Made by a program: the position numbers and the translations under genes. From Amoebophrya sp. A120 (lineage: Eukaryota; Protista; Dinoflagellata), in assembly GCA_905178155.1 (NCBI GenBank), contig CAJINV010000001.1, positions 12,321,832 through 12,385,831 on the forward strand: 64,000 nt of DNA, given 5' to 3'. The notes beneath the pieces are model-generated. The model was not told the origin of the DNA, did not search any database, and worked only from the letters and a program-made list of their open reading frames with translations. Of this stretch, positions 1 through 12,700 are shown one piece after another (position 1 is the first letter of the stretch; each line of letters opens with the position of its first letter).

Positions 1-775
1 CACCATTGCACCTTAATTTAGAACAGGTTGTGCCTACTTTTACGGCACCTACTACTATCACTCGAGCATTTTCGATTTCCTCGCTTGTAGCTGCCGTAAT
101 AGATTGCCGTGAATTTAAGAAAAAAGCTAAAGTTGGAGGCCAGCGATGCCAACATCAAAACTAATTTTGTTTGGACAGGTTTACTATGTATGTTTTTGTT
201 CATCTTCACGGACATGGAAAATGAAAAGAATGAAGATTCATGATGTTGAAACGGACAATACATTCGCACAACTCAATCGTAGAATAGTAGTGAAGGTGGA
301 TAGAAGTACGTATTGAATTCGATGTCTACTTAACTGAGCAAATGTGTTGCAACATAAAACCTCGCACTGTAAGTAGGGATATTATGGTTGAATAAAAGAA
401 TACTGAAGACCGTGTGAAGAAGAAGAGGAACAAGAGTAAATTTTCTTCCGATTCGGATTCCGGCTTCAAGGCCTTCCGAGTTTTCCTACTCAATGCGTCC
501 ACCGCTAGCAACCTCCGACCACTCAAGGATGATGCAGCAGCATGTGCGGTGTGCTGACAAAAAAATCTGACTGATTTTTTTCCTCTCTTACATCATGTGT
601 GCCGTGCCCGCGCTACGACCTAAATGCTATTTGCGAAAATACCTCGTCTTTTGGTTTTGGGGTCTGTTGCAAAAAACATATTTTTCTTTTTTTCACCAGT
701 GTATCTACTAACCATGATATATCTCTAAAATTTTTACTTGGAGTTGTTTTCCGATCTAAATCTTCTGTCCCGCAG

Positions 776-3700
776 ATGACCGATACTATGCAGCAAGCAA
801 TCAAAGAAGAAGAAAAAGCATCTGTTGGGTCGGGTGGTCCCCAATGCCCGTCTGAAGGGAAAGCTTGCGAATTGCCGGAGGAGCCCGGGTTGTTCGTGGC
901 CATTGCGAATAACGGTGAGGAGCAAACGGAGCAAAATGCGCAATGTAGAGCGCAGCTACAGGAACACCACGGAGCAGAGCAGTTTCTCTTTCCTAGCCCG
1001 GACGAGAAGAACACTCCGACAAACTTGACTTTATCTAACAGCGGCGATGAGCAGGACCTACGTTGCAGCCAACATGTTGCTCACCGTTCCTCGTGTAAAT
1101 CGCATAATTCCTCCATGCATAAAGATGGTAGGGACTCTGTCCTCGTCTACAACCGCCGGGCAACACGGGTAAGCTCGATTGAGTCGGCTTCACCCTTGGC
1201 GAAATCCAGAGCAATAAGCCCAAGGAATTCCGTCCTGCAACCACGCCGGAAAAATAGGTCCACCATCACGTATTCTTCGAACGTGCTGCTCTACGGTCGT
1301 AATGGGCTATCGCACAGAATGAAAAGCACACCCAAACTGAAGTCTCTGAATATTGTTTTGCATCCATATATTCTTAGTTATAGTTTTAGTTACATGCGTT
1401 CTCGTTTCCTTTCCGCTGGCGCCGGCCTAGTGCCAGTAGTAGGATGAAAAACGCAGGGAGCTACATGTGCCGGAAAGTGACGCCATGATGGGTATGCTTT
1501 TCTAATTTGAAATTCGAGCTGCGACACAGAGTCACCGCTCTTCGTGCAGCGTGCGACAAAAACGATGTACGCCGCTTTACCGCATTATGAAGATGAACAA
1601 GAGAGCGATGATAGCCCTGGTTGGTTTCCACCTCCCGCTCTGACAGATGAACATCATCATGCAGTAGCAGTAGAAGAAGACGCGCAGCGAGGCATCACGG
1701 ACCGCGACGACCATGTGCAGGACGAGCCAGTACAATCTGGCGCCGTGGTCATTGTCCGAGAAAGGATGATATCAAATGCAAAAATGTCTGGGTCTGGAAG
1801 GATCCGAACTTGTGATGCGAATTCCACTACACGCGCAAATCTCTCATGCAAAGGCAGCAAAAGGTGCCTATTTCCTGTCACCAAAAACAGGGACTTGTCA
1901 TGCCGATTAAGCATTGCGGAACGTTCTCGAAATCTGTGATGCTAGGGTTTCCATAGCAGACCTTCTGTGTCATGCAAAAACAGCATGACAAAAATCTGCA
2001 TTCTTCCAGACCCAGACACTTTTACACTTGATAGATGATCCCACCTAGAGAGGAGGAACATGAGTACGACCTACAACAACATCGTAGGGAGCATTCTGGC
2101 CGGGTAACTATCTTGTGTAAAAACGTCCCCACACCATAGTTGTCATGCAAATCTGCATGCTTGAAATGTTTCTCATGCGAAGCCCCATGAGAAGCATTTT
2201 CTAATGGTGTTTTGAAATTTGTCATGCTCCAATCAGCATGAGAGACTAGATCTGTAGTGCTGCTGAACTAGCTCAAACAGCACTACACTACGCGTCCAGA
2301 TTTGTCGTGCGAAACAGCCAAAGCTTGTGGATTTGTCTAGCCGATTCCCCATCTTGACTATGGGGTGGGTACGTTTTTACATAGGATAGTAACCGAGTTT
2401 CCGTCTGTCGACGACCTCCCCCCGTTGAGCGACTCGACTACACGACTGCCCCCGGCCTCTCATCTTCCCCCCACCTGCTTCTCGCAAGCTGTGGTGTCGC
2501 GACGCAACTCCGAGCTTCCCGTACTACCCTACATGCGCAGGAGGACTATGCGGCACACGTCGCTCTGCTTGGCGCGAAGTTCATTCGCTGAAGTCGAAGG
2601 TGGAAGCCCCGTTCCCACACTGACACTGGCGCGGGATTCTGTACGACCAGATGAAGCCATTTAATATTTCCTTTTCCCCGCGGCGTTTGCATTATTACAC
2701 GTTAACTTTTTCGAGGACAATGCTAATGCATGCGGCTGACGGCGCGAAATCGAAATGCAAGAACTGCCAGGTACTTGACAAGCAAGACAAGCAATCGAAG
2801 TCGACGTCTTTGATGCAGCTAGAAGAGCATCTGACGCGAGCATGAGGCAGCTAGAAAAACGGGTAAAAGTGGAGTTTTCATCTGCATAGCTTCTTTGGGG
2901 AATTACGACGCCTTCGAATTGGGGCACCCCGTGCGACAGCATGCGGAATCGCCGCAGTGGAAGATCGTCCTCTACCTCTTCGTATCTAGGAGGTCGCTTT
3001 AATCCAATCCCGCCCAAACTGCAATCGCGAAAAAGTAGTGGAACACAAAATCCCGGCCTCACCGTGGCTGCTGTGCCTTTCACTCAACAACAAAATCACG
3101 AGCAGATGATGCCTGCGTCGGGACCACCCGCCGGAAACGGCGGCTTACCTGCTGCACCCGCGACCGGCTTGCTGCAACTACCAGATTATAGTTCGACCTG
3201 CAAAATAAATACAACCGCGGACGATAGACGGCTACCCTCCAACAGCGGCGTCTCATCTCCGCAGGTCACGATGCCTGCTTTCGGTGCAGCTCTGTCGCGA
3301 GGAGCTAGTGACGACTTCCCCTCGGAACAATCATCCGCCTTGTTGGTTCTGCCTCCTGTTGCTGGTCTGTGTTCCAACAGGGCCACGGCTGAAACTACCT
3401 CAGCCGCGAGGGGACCGCCGGGGGAGTCGACAATTGGAACCGAGGGTGGGCGAGCGGCGGCAGCTTCCGAAGAAGCGGGGGACACTACTACAGGGCAGCT
3501 GCATCTCGTGCCTGCTATGCGCTTTCCACCTGGTCTCGGCCTGGAGCAGACCGAAGAACTGATGCGAGCGCTGCCAGCACAGCAAGTCTCGTCTCCGCAA
3601 GTAGACCAGTCGCGGCGCCAGGAACGTGATGATCTCCACGCTGCGCCACGAAACAAAGTTGGGGAGAACTACGAGAAGAACCCGCCAGAGGAAATCATAA

Positions 3701-6700
3701 AGATGAACCACCTGGACCACATAGAATCGTCTTCCGCAGGCAAATATGCATTGCAAATATGTCTGGCTCTGGAAAGGTACAACTTGTGATGTTGCATTTG
3801 GATGTCAAAAAAAATCTGTATTGCATGAGCAGCAAAAGGAATCTAATTTTTGCTACGCGGAGAGGACATTTGTCATGCGGAATAGGCATCGAAAAGGCCT
3901 CAAAAAATCTGGGATGCTAGGGCATGCATCACAGACATCATAGCTCATGCAAAACGTGCGTGACATTCTTCAAGACCCAGACATATTTGCAGTTGATAGC
4001 AAAACCACATCTACCGGGTACCCGTCCCCGGAAGTTGACATGTTGGCCGTGGAATCAGTACCACCAGAAAGTGACCACCAATGGTCTGCTCTTTTCCACC
4101 CTGCTAACACCTCTTCTTCCCCAGCACCACGAAAGCAGTCTCCAGTGCTGGAAGAGGGAGCTGGAACCAAGGGCGTCGGCAGCGCTGCAGTGGTTCCTGG
4201 AATTTCTGAAAGCAGCAGCAGCCAGCAAGAGACCATCACTGAAAATGGTATGCATGTTCCAGGGTCGACGCTAGCGCCCCACGGCGAACCTGTCTCTGAC
4301 GATTTTGCTTGTTACCCGATATTAAGCTGTTCGAGCGTGGCCGACGGTTCGGCAAAAAATTCATCCAGTTGTGCTGTTTCTAGTTGTTCAACTTTTACTT
4401 TTATCAAGAGGAAAAGCTGCGCCCCGCTCCGATGATTTCGAAGTGCTTCCGATGCACCGGAGGCATTGCTGTAAGCAAGCACTTGCGCTTCGTTGTCTGG
4501 GCATGATAGGTGTCGGAACTGTGCGTGATAACAATAAGCATACGGCCATAGGCATTTTTTGTATTTGTTTGGTAAGTATGAAGTATAATGAAAGCGGGGC
4601 ACTTTTTGTTTCGATAATTTTCGCCGGTCGGATGTCGCACCAGGACCAGGATCACGACCCTGCCGAAGAACTACTCTTGGGGCCGCTGCCTCGTACAGAG
4701 TCGGCGAACACCAGTACCAGCGGCAGCGTGCAATTGGAATCCCTGCAGCGCACCATTTCCATCCGGACGACCAACATGTTGGCGCGTACCTTTTCCAACA
4801 AATCAACATCCACATTCCCGCCCGGGGAGGGGATCATGCAGCACCAGCTTACAGAGAATGGCTGCAGTCTCGCCGCTGAATTAATGGCGGGGACTACACA
4901 ACATCACGGGGGAGACGGAGCAAGCTGCTGGGCGCCCTCAACGTCGTCGATGGTGGAGGAGCTCTTGTTCAGGCTTGCACGACCCTCAAAGATGTCCAGA
5001 ATTAGCACTGTAGCGGAGCAGATGGCGGCCCCAACGGGCGGGGGAGCTGCTTCTCATGAAGGTACTGGAACTGGCACAAACGCGCTGTATAATCACACTG
5101 GTTCGGTGCCGGTTCTGCCGAACACGTCCGTGTCAACATCATCAAACCAAGTCGTCTCGTGCCAAGGCGGTGTAGCGGCAATTCTGCCGGCCGGAGCCGT
5201 GCAGCAACCCACGACCTCCACAACAACTGCGAGCATTATACCGACAGCAGCGGCTGCGACCTCCACCTCCAGCGTGAAAAATGTTTCGCCGAGTGTCCCC
5301 CACCACATGGCCTTGCTGCCACCGTCAGCGCGATCTGTTACCGGCTCCACTACCGGCGGCACGGGAGTTACGGACACGCACTCCTTCTGGTCGGGCGCTC
5401 GAGGGTATCGAACAGAAATAAACAAGCACACCCGTCCCATGATTGCAAGATATATCTCGCGCTGTTTCAGGTACTATCGCAGAAGGTTGTCCCTCTTGTT
5501 TGGCTTTTGTTCAGGATGCTGACCAACTTTGTAGGAAACGTCTGCATCCCTATGTTGCCCATTATTCGCATTTTTACATCTCTCGCATGGCCGACGACGC
5601 CCAGAAAGCAGGGAGTCATACCCATATGATCGGTAGCACCATACTGCACGTCGTGCGGAAGATCTGAATTGCACGTCGTGCGGAAGATCATCAGCATTAG
5701 GACAGAAAAACAGCATAAGACCGCAAACACATTTTGTTCTCTGGTACTACGGGAGGTGCGTCTTTTCTCTTCGATACAGATTCCTCGTCCCGCTCCAGTT
5801 CCTTCGCTGGCGGTTTGTTGGCGAGGGGCGGCGGGCCCTACAATGTGCGAATGGCGGAAAAGCTACCCTCCATTGAGGGGACGAGTGCAGCAGCTGGTGC
5901 ACAGCACGTCGCTGCAGCAGGACCTGGACCTGCTTCGTCCACAGGTGGTATAACAGCATCACTTCTTGCGGACCAAACCGCCACCACAGCCACCGCCGGA
6001 CGACATCAGCCCCTTGTGCATCCAGACCCCCATGATTCTCTGCGCCTGCAGGCAGCTGCACCGATGCAGTGGCAGCATTGTTCGCAGCCCAACGCTCAAG
6101 ATGACCAGCATTTTGTTTATTCCGTGCAGCAAGGTACTTCTGCTTGCGTTAGTGCGAGCACCATGCAGCAGAGTTGCACCACAAAAACCAACATGGGAGC
6201 CGCGCCCTCCGTACTGGCCCCACAGTATCTCAACAGTACTCCGCCATTGTACAAGACTTTGTCGACGTATGAGAGAGAGAGTGCACACCTGCTTCCCCTC
6301 CCCCTCATCTGAAAGGCCTGGGCACATCACAAACCACGTCAGAAATGTACTAATCGCCTGAAGGGAAAATTTCAATTTTCGCCTGGACGGTGGTGCGGCT
6401 TGGGGTCTTGAAACATGTCAGGCAACTACGTGGTACATAAAGGGAGCAGCGTGGCAAAGAAATGAGGTAACCGTAACGCAGTTATGCCTTTGCATGACAA
6501 ATGTTCGGGTGTTCCGGGCTGTGCTTTGTGCTCCCCTCGGACCCCGCACCCCCCCGGGCTCAGTAGCGCAGTCTGTTAAGCATGACAAATGAAGCTCGCG
6601 ATACTTTTCGCGGTTCTGACCCTAGATCTCCTGCGGCCGTAGCTGCTTGCGGCGACGGTGCAAAGGTTTTCGATGTGGCGCAGTCGGGTATGCATGACAA

Positions 6701-9700
6701 ATGAAGCGGACGGGGGGAGTTGTGCACTCTCATACGACGGGCACGGAGCAAGATTGGACGCAGCTGAAGTTACCAACTGCGAGAGAAGAGGATAGTGAAG
6801 ACAAAAACATGAATAACGAACAGCACGGAAGCGACATGACAGTAGGCGTTATTGGTGTGGTTCCTGAGCAGCTGCACCACCTGCGGAAGGAGCAGCTCTC
6901 CAAAACTCCCTCAGTTCATCAGGCGCGGCCAGAAGGAGAGCTTCTCGTTGTGCATGATCCGGCTAGAAGAGCAGCAGTGCAAGTTAGTTGTACTTCGACC
7001 ACAGTAGGAGCATCAATCGAGGAACAACCTCAGAGCGTGGTCCAACTAAATCAACTCTCCAGCATCGGCCCCGGCCACACCAGCAGCTCGGGGCACCAGC
7101 AGCTGCAGCACCCGCACCCCGTCTTCAACATCAGCAACCACGACGTTCTTGTTCCCAATCAACAGCAGCACGAAAATATTGTCCGAAGTAATCACATTCA
7201 GCACCTACCTGCGTCAGCATCATCTACGCCGTATGCCACAAACTTTCCATCGCACAGCAAATACAACAACGAGTGCGCAGAAGGCAACGCGAACGCGCAG
7301 CTGCAGAAGCGCCCCACGACGAACACTAATTTTTACGCCAGCAACAACGATGCATTTTTCAATTGCAGTGCAGCACAAGCTAGTACCAAGCAGCCGAGCG
7401 TCTCCCCCGTACAGGCATACCAAGACAATTGGGCGTGGCCCGACCCGGCCGCCATCGCGTCGGCCACCTACGCGGCACAACTCCCGTCGCAGATGTTGGG
7501 TGCGCAGTCGCACACGGGCATCATTCCCAATCCGCAGCATCAGATTTGTAGTTTCAATTTCGCAGGCGCTTCAGGTAACGCATACTCAAACCCGATGACC
7601 AACTGGTCAGCAGGCAAAAACGGTGGGCCGTACAACCAACAGGCGCCTCCGTCTGCTCCGCAGAACCCACAAATGTCGGTATTTGTACTACGCGGACATT
7701 GTTCTCTACTCTTCATGTTTTCAGAAGATGCGCAGGCATCTAACGACCACAAAGGTCGCTGTTTCATATTCCGCGGTGCTGTGCGTTTGCTGTAGTTAGC
7801 CGAGTTAGATATTGCTGCTTGTTGCGGTGTTCTTTCTTTCTTCTCTTTCTCTGTTAAATGGTACTGGTACCAAAGCTAAAGTTTAAAAAACTTTATACTT
7901 AAACTATAACTATCAGATGGACAAGCACTACCCTTCAAACGGGCCCGCGAGTGTCGGCTATCTGCACAGCACCGCAAACCATGGCTCCTCTTGCACCGGA
8001 CCACATGCGGTGCCGCTCCAAGCACCGGTCCTACAGGAGAGCGCCTCGAAGCTGCAAGATAAAAACAAAAAGTACAAATGTAATATACTCACTTCAGTAA
8101 TTTTTCCTGCACTCTGGCTCTGCTGGAGGTGCGCGTGCGTAAGACACTATGAGTAGCGTTGTATGTAGTAAGATGTCAAGAACAAATCTAGGCAAAAACA
8201 GAAACGGATGCTGATAAGTACAGAAGATGAAGTTTTTTTGTTGCACGACCTGCTGTTCCAAACTGTGCCCCCGTTTGGTCAAATAACAGCTCTACTTCGT
8301 CGAAAGCAAGCGCCTTATGGAGTGCAAAAATGTCTGGGTCTGGGAGATTGCAAGATTTGTCATGCATATTTTGCATGATCCATAATGGCCGTAATGCATG
8401 GCCTAGCATCACAGATTTTTAGAGCGCTTCCTTATGCCTATTCCGCATGACAAATGCCATCTCCGCGTACTGCGGGAGAAAATAGAAAAAGCGGAAAATG
8501 AGGTCCCAGACCTAGCGATAGTAATGAGAAGGGGAAAAGGTACTGCAGACAGAGCTGAAGTGAAAAGAAACACCGAGGAAGGGAAAAGGGAAGAAATACC
8601 GCTCAGGGTGGCGAACGTGCTCAATCATGACAATGAGTACACGGAATGGGTGCGGTTTGATTTTGGGCCGAAGCGGATTCCACTGAAGCCAGTGTGGGAA
8701 TGGCCGGAAATGTCGAAAATAGAGAGGCAAGTTTATATCCACAGGAAAACGAAAGAAAAGGAAACCGGGGGAGACGAAAAGAAGAAAAAAGAAGACGTAG
8801 GAGACGGAAAAGAAATCGGACAAGATACAGAAAAAAAAGACAGGGCGAACCCTCAAAACACGAAAGCACCGAAAAAGACCGGCAGCGCTGCCAAGACAGG
8901 AGAGGAGAGCAGCGCCACAAGCAGCCAAGATAAAAGAAGCCAACCGGATAAAAAAGACAAAAAAGAAGGAAAGCGGGAGGACAGAAGGGAAGGCGAAGCG
9001 CTGTCTGAGACAATTCTGCGACTGATCGAGAAAGAAAAGAGGAAGGCAGAGGAAAATGGTGATGAGATGGCACAAGGGGCGTTTAGGATAATTCAAAAAG
9101 CGACAAAACTGTTGCAAGAAGTCGAAGGAATGGAAAAAGATGAAGGCAAACGCATGGCAGACGAAAAAGCGGAGGTGGGGGCGACGGACGAGAAAAGGGA
9201 CGACAACAGTGAAGATAGAGAAAAGGACGAGCAAAAAGACTTCTACGAGGCAGAAACATACGAGGGCACCCGTAGAGGATATGTTTTCAAAAGAGGGATG
9301 ATGGGACAGGGATACTACATAGATCAGGGCCCAGAAGAGGCAACGCGAGCTTTTTTCAGAAATCTAGTGGCGTGGGGAGAGGATGAGAAAAAGGACGCGA
9401 CCAAAAAGGAGCAGGCGGAGATAGATGGAAAATATACAGAAGCGAAGCAGGAGCAACAGAAAAAGAGGAAAATTGAGAAAGAAGGCGAGCAAGTTAGCCA
9501 CGAGGACGGATGCAGGGACGCGGGGAAAAAGCGAGAGCAGGAGGCCCATAAATTCCCCACAGTCGAGCAATTAATGGCGGATGGCGCGATACTGGAGCAG
9601 GAAGAAGAGAAACAAAGGGAAAGCGAGAGAAGAAAACAGGAAGAAAAGAAGAGGAGGAGGCAAATGCAGTATGAAACCCCTATGCAGAGAGAATTAGCCC

Positions 9701-12700
9701 AGATGTATAGAGCTCCTCAAGAAGACAACAGCAATAAAAAACGAACGATGACAGCAAGAAACTTTGAACATTATGCAAATAAAATAGAGGCTGATGCTTG
9801 GAAAGTATAGCAGAGGCAGGAAGTGGCCTCAGACGTGACAGAAAAAAGGAGACCCAAAAAAAAACGGCGAAGAGGAGTTAGACAGGGGCTCAGGGCGAAT
9901 AAGGCGAATGCGGGGTGTTCTGGCGGGTGCAGAGGAAAGAGTGAGGGCAAAAAGCAGAAACGTAAGTAAGAGTGAAAACAGAAAAACAAGACGGTCACGC
10001 GTGAACCCCGATTCGAACCGTCCTTGTTTCGTATCGTCTCCGCCTGCCGATGGGGCATGGCGCTGCTTCTCCTTTCGTTTCCGCCAATTAAAGGCGCTGC
10101 TATCCAAAACTAATGAGGAGGAAAAGAAAGAAAAACTATATCAAAGAAGTGGCGCCAGGGTTGCTAATTTAAAGACTGCGCTAAGGCAGCACCCCCCTTC
10201 CCCAAGGGGCCCCCCCGGGGCGGGCGCGGTGGCGGCTCTGCAAATGCGGAGCTCCGCGGGCCGATTCTCTGAAAACGCATAAAGAAGGGTGCGGGAAACA
10301 GATCGGTAAGAGGTGTCTGAAAGGGACATGCCGTTGGGTCGTCCGCCATCGTGATAGGATCACCGTGTCTGATCAATAGGCCCCCAGTATATTTTTTAGC
10401 GCGCAACCGGCCACAGAAGTAAGAACCGAGCAAGTTTGTAAGACTACCCCATCAAGGCGAAACTGGAGCTCCACCTTGCTCGCGGGCTTGGATGGTAAGG
10501 CAGGTCAGCCACACATAGCGCCCACTGGTTGCAGCCATGCGTAAGTAATCGATAGCGGTTTTGCAGGTGCGGCCGGGTGGTAGTTAGGAAGTGGGCCGGG
10601 TCTCCACCTAGGGGTATCGGCAGAGGCTAAATCTGTTCTAACGCCCAGGTATTGGCAGAGGCTAAATCTGTTCTAACGCCCACCCGCCAGGAGTTAAATG
10701 GTGCTACTACTACTACTACTACTACGCGTAGCAAAAAAAGCGCTCCCTTTGCTGCTCATGCAATACAGTTTTTTTTGGAAACCAAATGCAGCATCACAAG
10801 TTGCATTTTTCCAGACCCAGACATTTTTACATTTGATACGCCTCCTCCAAGGGCAAAAAAAGCGGATGCTCGTGGCCCGCAACGGCATATAATGGAGGTG
10901 CCTATTGAAAGGAAAAATCCCCCCTCCCCATATCGAAAAGGTATGATTTCGAAAATTTGTATTGCTGATTTGAGGTCACAAATCATATGTATCTTGCAAG
11001 AAGACGAGGGCGGGAGCTTTCGCCCCATTATGGAGGCGATTTGTCATGCTGTTGGGCCTAAAGGGGAGCCGTTTGCCATGCTGAGCAACTAGACACATAA
11101 GCCCCTATCTAGCCTGGAGATCTGCCCGAAGTGCCTCTCTACAATACAAAGCTGATTTGTCTACGCAAATCCAGCATCAGAAACTTCCTTTTGATATGGG
11201 GAGGGGGGATTTTTCCTTTTGATAGTGCCCCCTCGATGTCCTGTGGAACGCCATCGTATCAAATGTAAAAATGTCTGGGTCTGGGAACTTGTGATGCTGG
11301 GTAGCGTCTCATGATGAGGCTACAGATGCTGGCTCAGCATGACAAGTTTCTGAGCTCCTAGGTGTTGCCTATTCTGCATGACAAACTGCGCTTCTGCATC
11401 ACAGAAAAACGCAGCTCTTGGGTAACGTGCATGACAGATTTAAGAGTCATGCCAGACAAGCATGACAAACATGAATTCTTCCAGACCCAGACATTTTTAC
11501 AGTTGATACATCGACCAGCACGACGACTCCGGTGCTGCATCTCCTACCACCTTACCCAGATTTCAACCACGGAAAAGCAGCCACCTCCCCCGCCACACGG
11601 CCGGACCCGCGTGCCGGGCGAGGGAAGGGAAAGGTCCAAAGCAAGGATGCAAAAAGTAGTAGCGAAGATCCACACCAGCAATTATATAATCACAGCCCAG
11701 GGAACGCGAACCAGTCCCACGAGCACCCTTTCGCTTACAAGCACGCACCGGGGGGCAACGGCTACAGCAACATCAGCAAAAGTGGTACCTACATGAATAG
11801 CGCGCACAGCAGCACCAGCAGCAAGCGACCGTACGCTGCGGAGGGCAAAAATCAGACCGTGGCAAATGCTCGACTGGCGGAAATCATGGATCTTGAGTCG
11901 GGCCGAAATGGCACTCAGGTTTGTCTTTGCTTCATAAGTTTTTCGATATGGCGTCTGCTATGGCTAAATTTTTCTGTGTTCCATGTTGCTGGGCACAAGC
12001 CTTGACGTTGAGGATAAAGATAATGCATGGTATATATAGCATGTTGATTGGGAAAAACAAGATGAAGATGTATTTATTAAACAGGACGATGCCGAAAAGA
12101 TGATTTCGAACGCCGAGCTGCAACGAACCTTGAGTAGCGGCAATGTGATGCCGCGCTTACGTCTCCGCGGTCTTCCTTTCACCGCCGCTGAAGCAGACAT
12201 TCTGGTATGATATAGCGATGACAATAAACCTTTCTGTCTCATTACGCGCAGAGCACAATTCCCATGCGAGTGCGACAGCGACATCGAAAAAGAATACAAA
12301 ATAGTCCCGTCCTATGCCATGCGTGTTTCCCACTTCGACTGTCCCTTGTATTCTGTATGAAAGTTCCTGTTGCTCTTGGATACCTATGAAAAACAAAAGC
12401 GACACTGACATTGGGTACTTGGTCATGATGAAGATCATGGTCATCAAGTAGATCTTCATTGATGGACGTTCACAACCACAACAACAGCGCTGGTTGCAGG
12501 TTCACTGCGTGAACAGCTCGCGGATTGTGTGCATCGACCTGATTATCGCAAGAAAAAACCGTCTCACTCGCAACTTTATATGCGGAAGCTTCTTGGAGAT
12601 GCAGTTGCTGTCTCTTCTTTTGTCCCGCTCGACATGCAAGAATCGTGTCTTTCGCACGTGCACGTGCTTTCCGATTCGGTTGTTTATGGTGCATGAAGAA

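Larger units (their letters stand above)
8470..10724 (+). mobile_element. Non-LTR-type retroposon insertion (2255 bp) with (CTA)7 3' tail and 6-bp TSD CGCGTA
   Basis: CGCGTA at 8464-8469 and 10725-10730, while the intact family A copy has a single CGCGTA at this site; (CTA)7 at 10704-10724; purine-rich composition unlike host genes. Confidence 0.8.
8316..10838. mobile_element. Introner/MITE family A, TSD CGCCT, expanded to 2523 bp by a nested retroposon
   Basis: Left arm TATGGAGTGCAAAAATGTCTGGGTCTGG (8316-8469) and right arm ...CCAGACCCAGACATTTTTACATTTGATA (10725-10838) are colinear with the intact copy at 43069-43337; CGCCT at 8311-8315 and 10839-10843. Confidence 0.9.

Noticed and set aside
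8434-9810. ORF inside the long TIR element as the autonomous transposase
   Set aside because: No DDE, HUH or recombinase motifs are visible, and it belongs to a secondary insertion with its own TSD and tail.
10006-10020. GGTTCGAATC (Pol III B-box/tRNA T-loop) on the minus strand
   Set aside because: No T-arm stem, cloverleaf or A-box could be built around it.
10613-10682. CRISPR-like repeat
   Set aside because: Only two adjacent copies with no spacer, no cas genes and a eukaryotic context.
10895-11238. Alternative boundaries for element D (GAGG...CCTC with ATG repeat)
   Set aside because: TATTGAAAGG...CCTTTTGATA with a perfect GTGCC repeat fits the common TA/5-bp rule better and also restores the frame leading to the RRM.
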